Below the pieces are notes generated by a model, which was not told the origin of the DNA, ran no database searches, and worked only from the letters and a program-made list of their open reading frames with translations. The position numbers were made by a program, and so were the translations under genes. From Nitrososphaerota archaeon (lineage in GTDB: Archaea > Thermoproteota > Nitrososphaeria_A > Caldarchaeales > Calditenuaceae): a stretch of DNA of 43,089 nucleotides. The stretch is taken from positions 1 to 43,089 of the forward strand of contig JAVQSZ010000010.1 in assembly GCA_033581555.1 (NCBI GenBank), given 5' to 3'. Below, in pieces: positions 19,620 to 27,461 of this stretch; position 1 is the stretch's first letter; each line of letters starts with the position of its first letter.

Positions 19620-20633
19620 CTCCCCTTCCAGTAGGCCGGATAGGTTCCCCGCTCCATCAGCACCACGTCGGTCCTCACGAAGACGCCCCCCTCGTCGACG
19701 TCGAGCGCCGACTTCTCTGCCCTCCCCAGCGCCACCAGCTCGCCCTTCAGCGTGTGGACCGCGACCAAGTCGCCGGGCTCGATCGCCCTGCTGAGCCTCG
19801 CTATCCCCGCGACCGCGAGGGGCGCGCCGTGACAGACCGCGTCGACCGCCGTGTCGAGGACCTCCACCCTCGGGAGGTGCGCGACCAGCTCCTCCGGGTT
19901 CCTGACGAAGGCCTCGAGCCACCTGCCCTCACCCTCCCTGTAGGCCTTAGCCGCAGCGTACAGCTCGAGCAGGCTGACCGAGCTCTCCTCGGTGACCGGG
20001 CCGCTCCTCGTCCTCCTCAACTCCACCATGTGGGCCCCGACGCCGAGCAGGAGCCCGAGGTCGTGGCAGAGCTTCCTCAGGTAGGTCCCACCGCTCACTA
20101 GGGCCCTGAAGAGCAAGTCCCTCCCCTCGAGCTCGAGGACCTCCAACTCGTAGACGACCCTCACCCTCGGCCTCCTCGCGACCCTCGACCTGATCGGAGG
20201 CGTCTGGTAGATCTCCCCCACGAACTCCTTCAGCGCTTCGAAGAGCTCCTCACGGCCCACGTCGCCGTGGAACCTCATCAGGCACACGTACTCCTTCGGC
20301 TGGCCCGCGATCGCCTGCGTCAGCCTCGTCGCCCTGCCGAGCAGCACCGGGAGGACGCCCGTCACGGCAGGATCTCCCCGGCCCCTCGACAGCCCCAAGG
20401 GTCCCGCCGTGTCCGGCCCTCTCGACGCCCAGCACCCTCCTCACCGAGTTGACGACGTCGTGGCTCGTCGGGCCTGCGTGCTTGTCGACCGCGACGTACC
20501 CGAAGTTCAGCCTCTCCTCCAGCGTCCTCGCCTCCGGCGGCCTGCCGTACCTGTGGTCGGTCTCGGCATCGACCAGCGTCACCATCTCGCCCGTCCCCTC
20601 CGCGAACGGGTCCCCGTACCTCAGGACGCTCAT
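19598..20633 (-). CDS. cbf5: H/ACA RNA-guided pseudouridine synthase Cbf5, spliced: exon 1 20633-20396, exon 2 20373-19598 (337 aa)
   Basis: Upstream frame gives DKHAGPTSH...GHGGTL. Downstream frame gives DPAVTGVLP, KEYVC, IYQTPP, GTYLRKLCHD, ELRRT and a PUA domain. Removing 22 nt restores GHGGTLDP. Confidence 0.95.
20374..20395 (-). other. 22-nt archaeal BHB pre-mRNA intron in cbf5
   Basis: Outer helix GGGA/UCCU, central helix CCCU/GGGG, bulges UG|G and AG|A, inner stem GGC/GCC. Confidence 0.92.
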
Positions 20634-20782
20634 CCGCTCTCCCGCAGAGTCACCCTCTCAGCGTGATATCCTTAACCGGGACCCATCCGTCGGGGCTTTG
20701 GACCCTTCCACGTGAAGGCGCTGCTCAGGGCCGCGCTCACCGAGACCCGACGGTCCCTGGGTGATGGGGCAAGGGTCATCCG

Positions 20783-21988
20783 GTGGCTGAGCCCGGCCAG
20801 AACGTGCGTCGGCCGCCCTACTACGTCGTCCTCTGGCTCGCGACGGTCTTCGCGTGGATAACTAACCACGTCTGCAGGAACGCGATCGCTCCCGGAATCC
20901 CGGAGATCATGAGGGAGTTCGGGACGACCCACGAGGTCGCCGGCCTCGGGATCATGACGGTCCTCCTGGTCGGATACTTCTCGATGCAGGTCCCGGCGGG
21001 CGTGATCGGCGATCGGTTCGGCAGGAAGAGGGTGCTGGTCCTAGGGCCGGTCCTCTGGGGGACCGCGACAGCCGCGACCGCCCTCGCGCCCTCCTTCCAG
21101 ACCCTAACGGCCCTGAGGTTCCTCAAGGGCCTCGCGATGGGGACCTACTTCTCGAACGACCGCACGGTCGTCGCAGCCCATACGCCAAAGGAGAGGATGG
21201 GGCTCGGCCAAGGGATCTCCTTCTCAGGGCTCGGGATAGGAATGGGCCTGGGGCTTCTGCTGGGAGGACTGCTCACTGAGGCGGTGGGATGGAGGGCGAC
21301 CATGGCGATCGTAGCGCTCCCGCCCCTCCTGGCGAGCGTGGTCCTCTGGGCGTTCGTCAAGGAGCCTGAGTCGTCTGCATCCTCGTCAGGGTTCACGCGT
21401 CGGTCCCTTGGGGAGGTCCTGAAGAGCAGGGACCTCTGGCTGCTGAACCTCGCGGCCTTCTGCTCGCTGTTCTCGCTCTGGTCGGTCCTCTGGCTGCCGA
21501 CGGTCCTCAGGGAGGAGGGCTTCGAGACCGGCTGGGCCTCGGCCATGGCCTCGCTCTTCGGGTTCGCGAGCCCCTTCGGCCTGACGGTCAGCGGCATCGT
21601 CTCCGACCGGTTGGCGCGGCGCGGCATCGGCAGGAAGGTGTGGCTCGGGACCTCGGTCGTCGCTCAGGGGCTCGTCTGGGCGGCCTTCGGTTACGCGCTG
21701 AGCGCAAGGGCACCCCTCTGGGCACTAGCGTCGCTGGTCTTCCTCGCAGGCTTCTGGCAGTGGGGCCTCTGGTCGCCGATGTACTCGATCATCGCCACGA
21801 CCGTCCCCGCGGGCGTCATGGGCACCGCCTACGGGCTGAACAACTTCGTCGGCCAGATGGGCGGCCTCTCCCCGTGGATCACGGGATGGATCAGAGACCT
21901 GACCGGGAGCTTCGTCCCCGCCTACTACCTCATGGCCGTCGTCGCGGTCGTCGGAGGGGCCTGTGCTTTGGCCGTCAAGAGGGGCTGA
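20783..21988 (+). CDS. MFS transporter
   Basis: About 12 TM segments; motif A GVIGDRFGRKR and a second SDRL..GRK. Confidence 0.92.
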   Translation: MAEPGQNVRRPPYYVVLWLATVFAWITNHVCRNAIAPGIPEIMREFGTTHEVAGLGIMTVLLVGYFSMQVPAGVIGDRFGRKRVLVLGPVLWGTATAATALAPSFQTLTALRFLKGLAMGTYFSNDRTVVAAHTPKERMGLGQGISFSGLGIGMGLGLLLGGLLTEAVGWRATMAIVALPPLLASVVLWAFVKEPESSASSSGFTRRSLGEVLKSRDLWLLNLAAFCSLFSLWSVLWLPTVLREEGFETGWASAMASLFGFASPFGLTVSGIVSDRLARRGIGRKVWLGTSVVAQGLVWAAFGYALSARAPLWALASLVFLAGFWQWGLWSPMYSIIATTVPAGVMGTAYGLNNFVGQMGGLSPWITGWIRDLTGSFVPAYYLMAVVAVVGGACALAVKRG

Positions 21989-22237
21989 CGTGTGTCTGCG
22001 CGCCGGCCTTCGGTTCCACTCGAGGCGTGGATCTCGAGGGCTCCCTCGACGCGTTCCGTGAGGGTTCTGACGGCGCGCGAGGTCAGATCAGGTGAGGACG
22101 GGTGGCAGCGCGTGTCGCACGCGTGGGAGGTCAGGTCGACGGGGAGTGGGGCCGGGGCCTCTTCGCGAAGGCGGAGGAGGTGGTGCCAGAGGACGTCGAG
22201 GGCGAGGGGAGCTTAGTGACTGGGCCCAGCCCCGGGC

Positions 22238-22822
22238 TCAGACTCTCCCCTTCGTCGACCTGCCAGTCGCGTACCTCGGGTTCAGGGACCAGGCCTGCCT
22301 CAGCGCGAGGGCCAGCGCCTTGAAGGCCGCCTCGACCTTGTGGTGGTCGTTCGAGCCCCTCAGGACCTCGACGTGGACGACCGCGGGGACGTTCAGGACC
22401 ATCGACTCGATGAAGTGCACCAGGTCCTCGGAAGCGACGTCCTCGACCCTCGGACCCGAGAGCTTCAGGTCGACCCTCGCGTGCGCCCTCCTCACCAGGT
22501 CCACCGCGGCCAGGACCAGGCTCTCGTCCATCGGGACGACCGCGTGCCCGAACCTGTTGATCCCCTCCCTCTCGCCTAGCGCCTCGCCGATTGCCCTCCC
22601 GAGGGCTATCGCGGTGTCCTCGACGCCGTGGTGGACCAGGTCCCACCTCGCCGAAACCTTGACGTCGGAGAGGCTGTGGAACGCGAGCTGTGCCAGCATG
22701 TGGTCGAGGAACCTGAGGCCCGTGCCTCCCTCGAACCGGCCGTCGCCGTCCAGCAGCACCGAGACCTCCACCTCGGTCTCCGAAGTCCTCCTCGAGAAGC
22801 GGCCCGACCTGGGAGCGTTCAA
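22238..22822 (-). CDS. hisB: Imidazoleglycerol-phosphate dehydratase
   Basis: RRTSET, FLDHML, HHGVED, PMDES, NDHHKVEAAFK, STKG; TTG start ~25 nt after ATAAAT. Confidence 0.95.
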   Translation of the reverse strand: MNAPRSGRFSRRTSETEVEVSVLLDGDGRFEGGTGLRFLDHMLAQLAFHSLSDVKVSARWDLVHHGVEDTAIALGRAIGEALGEREGINRFGHAVVPMDESLVLAAVDLVRRAHARVDLKLSGPRVEDVASEDLVHFIESMVLNVPAVVHVEVLRGSNDHHKVEAAFKALALALRQAWSLNPRYATGRSTKGRV

Positions 22823-22895
22823 CCCGGCCCTGCTCCGACTCGGCGCATTTATGTTCAACGGAGGGGCGCGGAGAGAGTCTATCGGACTCGATCGC

Positions 22896-24080
22896 TCAGG
22901 GTGCGAGGCCGAAGGGACGGGCCTTGATCACCTCCATCGCCCTCACCAGCTCATCGACGTCACGGGCTATCACGTCAGCCCCCAGCTCCGTGAACTCCTT
23001 CGCAGCCGACTCCGGGTCACTCGAGAGCCCAACGACCCCGGCGAAGAGCGGCCTGACGCCGTAGGACTCGGCGTACCTGCACATGTAGAGGTCCTCAGCG
23101 GAGTTCCCGACGTAGAGCACCTCTTTCGGGTCGCCCAGCGCGGCGACGGACTTGATCAGGCCGTAGGGGCTGGGCTTAGAGACGACGTCCCCGAGTCCGG
23201 ACCTGGACTCGTCGAGGAGGAAGACGCAGGCCCTCTCCTCGAAGAGGTCGATGACGCCGTCGAGGACCCTGATCGTCGTGTACCGCTCCCTTCCGGTCAC
23301 GATGCCCAGCGATCCCGCCCCGAGCAGGTCCCTGAGCCTGAGGAGCGTCTCCCTCCCGACGAGCGGCGCCTCGTTCTTGAAGAGGCCCTCCCCGAGCTCG
23401 AAGTACGGGCCCTTCCCGAAGACCTCCGTGACGACTTCGGGCCCGTAGTAGAGGTCATCGAAGAGCGTCTCGAGGAGGTCCTTCCCGTAGACCCTCCCGG
23501 TCCCGATGAACCGCTTGAAGAGCTCGTACTCCTCGCCGATCCCCCTGTCCCTCGCCGCGTCGCAGATCGCCCTCTCGATCGCGTCCCTGCCGACGTGCCT
23601 CCTCCTATCGGCGGAGACCGACCTGATCGCGTCATCGATCGGCATCGGGCTGAACCTGCCTAGCCTCCTGACGTGGGACCTCCTCATCATCACCTCCGAC
23701 TCGACCGCCCTCAGCAGCTCGCCGGGGCCCCTGGCCTCCTCCAGCGCCCTCTCGAGGACCTCTCCGAGCTCCCTCGCGATGGTCAGCTCAGACCCGGAGA
23801 AGAGCCAGAGGAGGATCACCCAGGCCGTGTCGACGTCGTTGTTGAAGCCGCCGGTGCTCCTCAGCCTGTAGACTACCGAGAGGTCGAGTGAGGTCTCGGG
23901 GACCTCGACGCCCATCGACCGCTCGAGGACCGTCCTGACGGACTCGACGATCGCCCTGTCGTATGAGCCCCTCACGTCGATCAGGACGCCGTCGCAGTCG
24001 AAGACCACAGCGTCGACCTCCCTCAGCCTCTCCAGAGTCCCGAGCGAGACCAGGGCCCCCGAGACCTTCGCGTAGGCCAT
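22896..24080 (-). CDS. HAD-superfamily hydrolase, candidate histidinol-phosphate phosphatase
   Basis: FDCDGVLIDV..SY, GGFNND.D, VTGR, KP.P, YVG; directly upstream of hisB. Confidence 0.8.
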   Translation of the reverse strand: MAYAKVSGALVSLGTLERLREVDAVVFDCDGVLIDVRGSYDRAIVESVRTVLERSMGVEVPETSLDLSVVYRLRSTGGFNNDVDTAWVILLWLFSGSELTIARELGEVLERALEEARGPGELLRAVESEVMMRRSHVRRLGRFSPMPIDDAIRSVSADRRRHVGRDAIERAICDAARDRGIGEEYELFKRFIGTGRVYGKDLLETLFDDLYYGPEVVTEVFGKGPYFELGEGLFKNEAPLVGRETLLRLRDLLGAGSLGIVTGRERYTTIRVLDGVIDLFEERACVFLLDESRSGLGDVVSKPSPYGLIKSVAALGDPKEVLYVGNSAEDLYMCRYAESYGVRPLFAGVVGLSSDPESAAKEFTELGADVIARDVDELVRAMEVIKARPFGLAP

Positions 24081-24119
24081 GACCGCCTCCAGTCACGTGC
24101 TCAGCCCGTGGTGAAAAAT

Positions 24120-24749
24120 CTACGCGGCGTACCAGAGGTAGACCAGGTAGAGCCCCGCCCCTACCAGCACAGCCCTCGAGATGTGGCCCGCGTGCCTCGT
24201 GAACGCCCCGAACCTCCTCACGAACCCCGACCCCAGCAGCGACGACGCGGTTACGAGGACGGTCAGCGGGACTGCAACTCCGACCGCGTAAGCGGCGACC
24301 AACGCGAGCGCTCCCTCGGGGCCCACGGCGAGCGCGTAGGTGATCAGCACGACGAACGTCGGGACAGCGCAGCCCGCGGCTCCCAACGAATAGGCCGAGC
24401 CCGCCAGCAGGACCGCGACGTCACCCATCCCCCTGGGCCTAACGGCCGGGAGGCCGACCTTGGGGGCGACGCCTAGGGAGATGCAGAGCGCGCCCGCGGC
24501 GAGGTTGAGGTTCGGCATCAGGACTCTCAAGGCCTCCCGGAAGGAGATCGCGAGGGCCGTCAGGGCCGATAGAGTCAGGAGGGCTCCCGCGAGCAGCAGC
24601 CCCACCCTCCACGCGATCCTCGAGGGCCTCGGGTCCGAAGCGAACCCGTAGACCGCGAGGGCCGGGAGCAAGGAGTAACCGCAGGGCGAGAGGACCGTCG
24701 AGAGGCCCGCGAGGAAGACGAGGAGGACCGTCACCGGGTCGACGCTCAA
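24120..24749 (-). CDS. CcdA/DsbD-beta type membrane thiol-reduction protein
   Basis: AG...LSPC...LLP and second Cys in GCAVP; about six TM segments; TTG start overlaps the upstream stop (TTGA). Confidence 0.85.
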   Translation of the reverse strand: MSVDPVTVLLVFLAGLSTVLSPCGYSLLPALAVYGFASDPRPSRIAWRVGLLLAGALLTLSALTALAISFREALRVLMPNLNLAAGALCISLGVAPKVGLPAVRPRGMGDVAVLLAGSAYSLGAAGCAVPTFVVLITYALAVGPEGALALVAAYAVGVAVPLTVLVTASSLLGSGFVRRFGAFTRHAGHISRAVLVGAGLYLVYLWYAA

Positions 24750-25756
24750 CCGTGGGACGCCTCGATGATCCTCTTCACGGCCGTCTCGAGGTCCTGCGGC
24801 GGAAAGACGCCGAACCGCTTCTCGTAAACGATCCTGCCCCTCACGTCGAACCCGAAGATCGTCTCCTGCGAGACGACCCTCAGGTCCTGCATGAACTGCA
24901 GGTTCGCGAGGATGAAGGTCCACTCGTCGGGGAGCGAGTGCCTGACCTTGAACTGCTTGATGTCCTGGTCGCTGTCTCCTGGGTCGAAGCTTTGCACGAG
25001 GACCGTTATCTTGTCCCTGTACTTCGGGTAGACCTGCGCGAGGTTCCTGACGTTGGTGCTGCAGGTCGGGCACCAGGTCGCGAAGAAGAGCATGATGACC
25101 GGCTTGCCCCTCGCGAGCACCTCCCCAAGCGTAAACTTCCTGCCGTCGACCGACGTCAGGACCCTGTGGAGGTACTGGGCGTGGTCAGCGTGATGCGCGT
25201 GGTCGTGTGGTCCGTGAACATGGTCACCGGTCAGGCCCTTGAGCTTCGCGAGGTGGAGCTCCAGCAGCGTCTCCCATGAGACCGCCTTCCCTCCCCTCTT
25301 CACCGCGAAGTCCGACGCCCTCCCGATCTCCCTGAAGGCCAGCAGCCCCGACACCATCGGAGTCCTGACGGGCGCCTCGACGACGTACCACGCTCCCTGC
25401 GCGGTCACGAGGTCCCCGGTCTCGAAGTCGTGGACATAGACCGCCTCGACCCTCCCGAGCCTCAGGGCCTTCAGCACCCCCTCTCCCTCGACCTTCCCGG
25501 TCCCGACGAGGTAGTAGGTCAGCATGCACCCCAGGTCGTCGAACTTCCTCCACCTGCCGTCCGCGAGGATCAGAGCCGCGAACCTGCTGTCGTTGATCAG
25601 CATCCCGCAGTACTCACATCTGTCCGATCCGACCCTGAGCTGCGGTCCTCCGGGCTCGAGCAGCTGCCTGCCGACGAGTAGCGCCGCTCCGACGGCTATC
25701 GCGGCCGATCCAGCGGCGATCAGCAGCCTCCGCCGGCTAAGGTCGTGGGCCCTCAT
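24746..25756 (-). CDS. Tat-exported fusion: NosL-like Cu-binding domain, His-rich linker and TlpA-like thioredoxin
   Basis: SRRRLL twin-Arg plus TM; CEYCGMLI, KFDDLGCM, TPM.SG (NosL); DHVHGPHDHAHHADH; FFATWCPTC (TlpA). Confidence 0.85.
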   Translation of the reverse strand: MRAHDLSRRRLLIAAGSAAIAVGAALLVGRQLLEPGGPQLRVGSDRCEYCGMLINDSRFAALILADGRWRKFDDLGCMLTYYLVGTGKVEGEGVLKALRLGRVEAVYVHDFETGDLVTAQGAWYVVEAPVRTPMVSGLLAFREIGRASDFAVKRGGKAVSWETLLELHLAKLKGLTGDHVHGPHDHAHHADHAQYLHRVLTSVDGRKFTLGEVLARGKPVIMLFFATWCPTCSTNVRNLAQVYPKYRDKITVLVQSFDPGDSDQDIKQFKVRHSLPDEWTFILANLQFMQDLRVVSQETIFGFDVRGRIVYEKRFGVFPPQDLETAVKRIIEASHG

Positions 25757-26250
25757 GACTCGACGATTACCGTCCCGGTCATCCAGGGGTGCAGGTTGCA
25801 GTAGTAGTCGTACCTGCCCGGCCTGGTGAAGGTGTAGGAGACCGAGCCTCCGGGGTTGATGCTCGGGAAGTTGAAGGAGCCGTCGCGGGCGACGACCGCG
25901 TGTACGACGTCGTCCTCGTTGATCCAGACGACCGTGTTGTTCACGTTGATCTTGACCTTGACCGTCTGAGGCTTGAAGGTGAGGTTCGGGTTAGTCCCCG
26001 ATCCCTTCGGGTTGCTGACAATCACCCTGCCCGCTGGTGCCGGAGTGGTCTCCTGTCTCGGCGTGGGCGTAGGGGTGGGCCTCGGCGTCGGAGTCGGGGT
26101 CGGTGTGAGCCTGGGAGTCGGTGTAGGAGTCTGGGCTGGTGCTGCCTCCCGCTGCGTCGCTAACAGGAGGTACGCAGCGGCGCCGAGCACGGCCAAAAGT
26201 ATCAAGACGGAGATCGCGGAGGTCCTGTTCATGTCGACCTGACCTGTCAC
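25753..26250 (-). CDS. Membrane-anchored plastocyanin/amicyanin-like blue copper protein
   Basis: N-terminal TM, Pro/Thr linker, F.P, W.N.D...H, YYCNLHPWMTG. Confidence 0.92.
   Translation of the reverse strand: MTGQVDMNRTSAISVLILLAVLGAAAYLLLATQREAAPAQTPTPTPRLTPTPTPTPRPTPTPTPRQETTPAPAGRVIVSNPKGSGTNPNLTFKPQTVKVKINVNNTVVWINEDDVVHAVVARDGSFNFPSINPGGSVSYTFTRPGRYDYYCNLHPWMTGTVIVES
26059..26130 (-). repeat. Pro-Thr low-complexity linker (TPTPTPR, three copies)
   Basis: TPTPTPRLTPTPTPTPRPTPTPTPR in the cupredoxin. Confidence 0.7.
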
Positions 26251-27299
26251 TCCTCTATTATGAGGATGCCGATCATTCCTGCGTCCGCGTGGGAGACGAC
26301 GTGGCAGTGGAAGAGGAAGACGCCGGGCTTGGTGTACGTGACCTCGATCGTGTCAGCGGCTCCGGGGACGAGCGGCACGACTTGGCCCGGCCAGGACCTT
26401 CCTCCCAGCACCCACTTCGACTTAAGGTCGCCGACGTGGAGGTGGAAGCTGTGGTAGATGTCGCCGATGTTGATGATGTGGAACCTGATCTTCTCACCGA
26501 CCTTGGCCTTGAAGACCGGGAACGACTTGTTGAAGAGCTTGACGACCCCCTCCAGGCCCTTAAGCTGCGGGAAGATCTTGCTCTGGCCGACGTAAACCAG
26601 CTCGAGCTCCGGCTCTCCGCCCGGTAGGCCCATCCCGTTCATGATATAGAAAGGCCTCGGGCCCTCGCCGACGATCGCGCCCGGAATCGAGGGCAGCTCA
26701 GACATGAAGATCACGAACTCCTTGGCCGGCGGCTCGTCGAAGTCGTAGACGATGATCGCGCCGTAGAGGCCCATCAGCATGTGGTCGACGATCCTGTGGC
26801 CTCCTCCGACGAGCGGGCCGCCGGAGTGGCAGTGGTAGTACCAGATCCCGGGCTTGGTCGCGGGCCACTCGTAGGTCCACTCTCCTCCCGGTGGTATCAT
26901 CGAACCCTTCCCGACTCCGGTGACGATGTTGATCTGGCTGCCGTCGTGCTGGAGCTCGTAGTAGGGCATGTGCGGGTGGAGGCTGTGCGTTAGGTCGAGC
27001 TTATTGACGGCCCTCACTCTTATGAGGTCTCCGACCCTTGCCATCAGGGTAGGACCAGGAACTGTGCCGTTGTAGGTCCAAGCCTTCCAGGTCACGCCCG
27101 GGGCGATCTCGATGTCCGCCCCCTTGATCTCGATGTAGTACTCCCTCACCTGCCCTATCTGCGCGACTGCGGGCACGCCCACCAGCTGCTGGAGCTGCCT
27201 GAAGACCGGCGAGACGTACGGTGCCACCAGCACGCCCAACACTATCCCGAGCGCCACGAAGATCAGGAAGCTGAGCACTAATTTGCCCCTTCCGTTCAT
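26247..27299 (-). CDS. Two-domain multicopper oxidase (small laccase/NirK superfamily)
   Basis: WTYNGTVPGPTL; HSLHPH; YHCH...HMLMGL; HSFHLH; FHCHVVSHADAGM; N-terminal TM/signal. Confidence 0.9.
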   Translation of the reverse strand: MNGRGKLVLSFLIFVALGIVLGVLVAPYVSPVFRQLQQLVGVPAVAQIGQVREYYIEIKGADIEIAPGVTWKAWTYNGTVPGPTLMARVGDLIRVRAVNKLDLTHSLHPHMPYYELQHDGSQINIVTGVGKGSMIPPGGEWTYEWPATKPGIWYYHCHSGGPLVGGGHRIVDHMLMGLYGAIIVYDFDEPPAKEFVIFMSELPSIPGAIVGEGPRPFYIMNGMGLPGGEPELELVYVGQSKIFPQLKGLEGVVKLFNKSFPVFKAKVGEKIRFHIINIGDIYHSFHLHVGDLKSKWVLGGRSWPGQVVPLVPGAADTIEVTYTKPGVFLFHCHVVSHADAGMIGILIIEE

Positions 27300-27346
27300 G
27301 TTTGTAGCTTCACAAGGTTATCTAAAATACCTTAACGGCGGAAATC

Positions 27347-27375
27347 TGTATGCAACCGTATGCAATTCTATACAT
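27347..27375. promoter_or_regulatory. Putative regulator-binding site upstream of the copper operon
   Basis: GTATGCAA at 27348 and 27358, plus a degenerate third copy at 27368 (10-bp period). TGTAT...ATACA inverted ends. Lies just upstream of TATA-like TATTTTAGA (minus strand, 27329-27321). Confidence 0.5.
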
Positions 27376-27461
27376 AACCAGAAAACGGCTGGAAAGGAGC
27401 ATGCAGGGCTGGAATAAGTCGGTCGTCCCGCGAGTAACACCGTAAAAAGTGAAGGGTCGGC

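Noticed and set aside
20250-20633. cbf5 as a frameshifted pseudogene or two separate genes
   Set aside because: Fully explained by a 22-nt BHB intron
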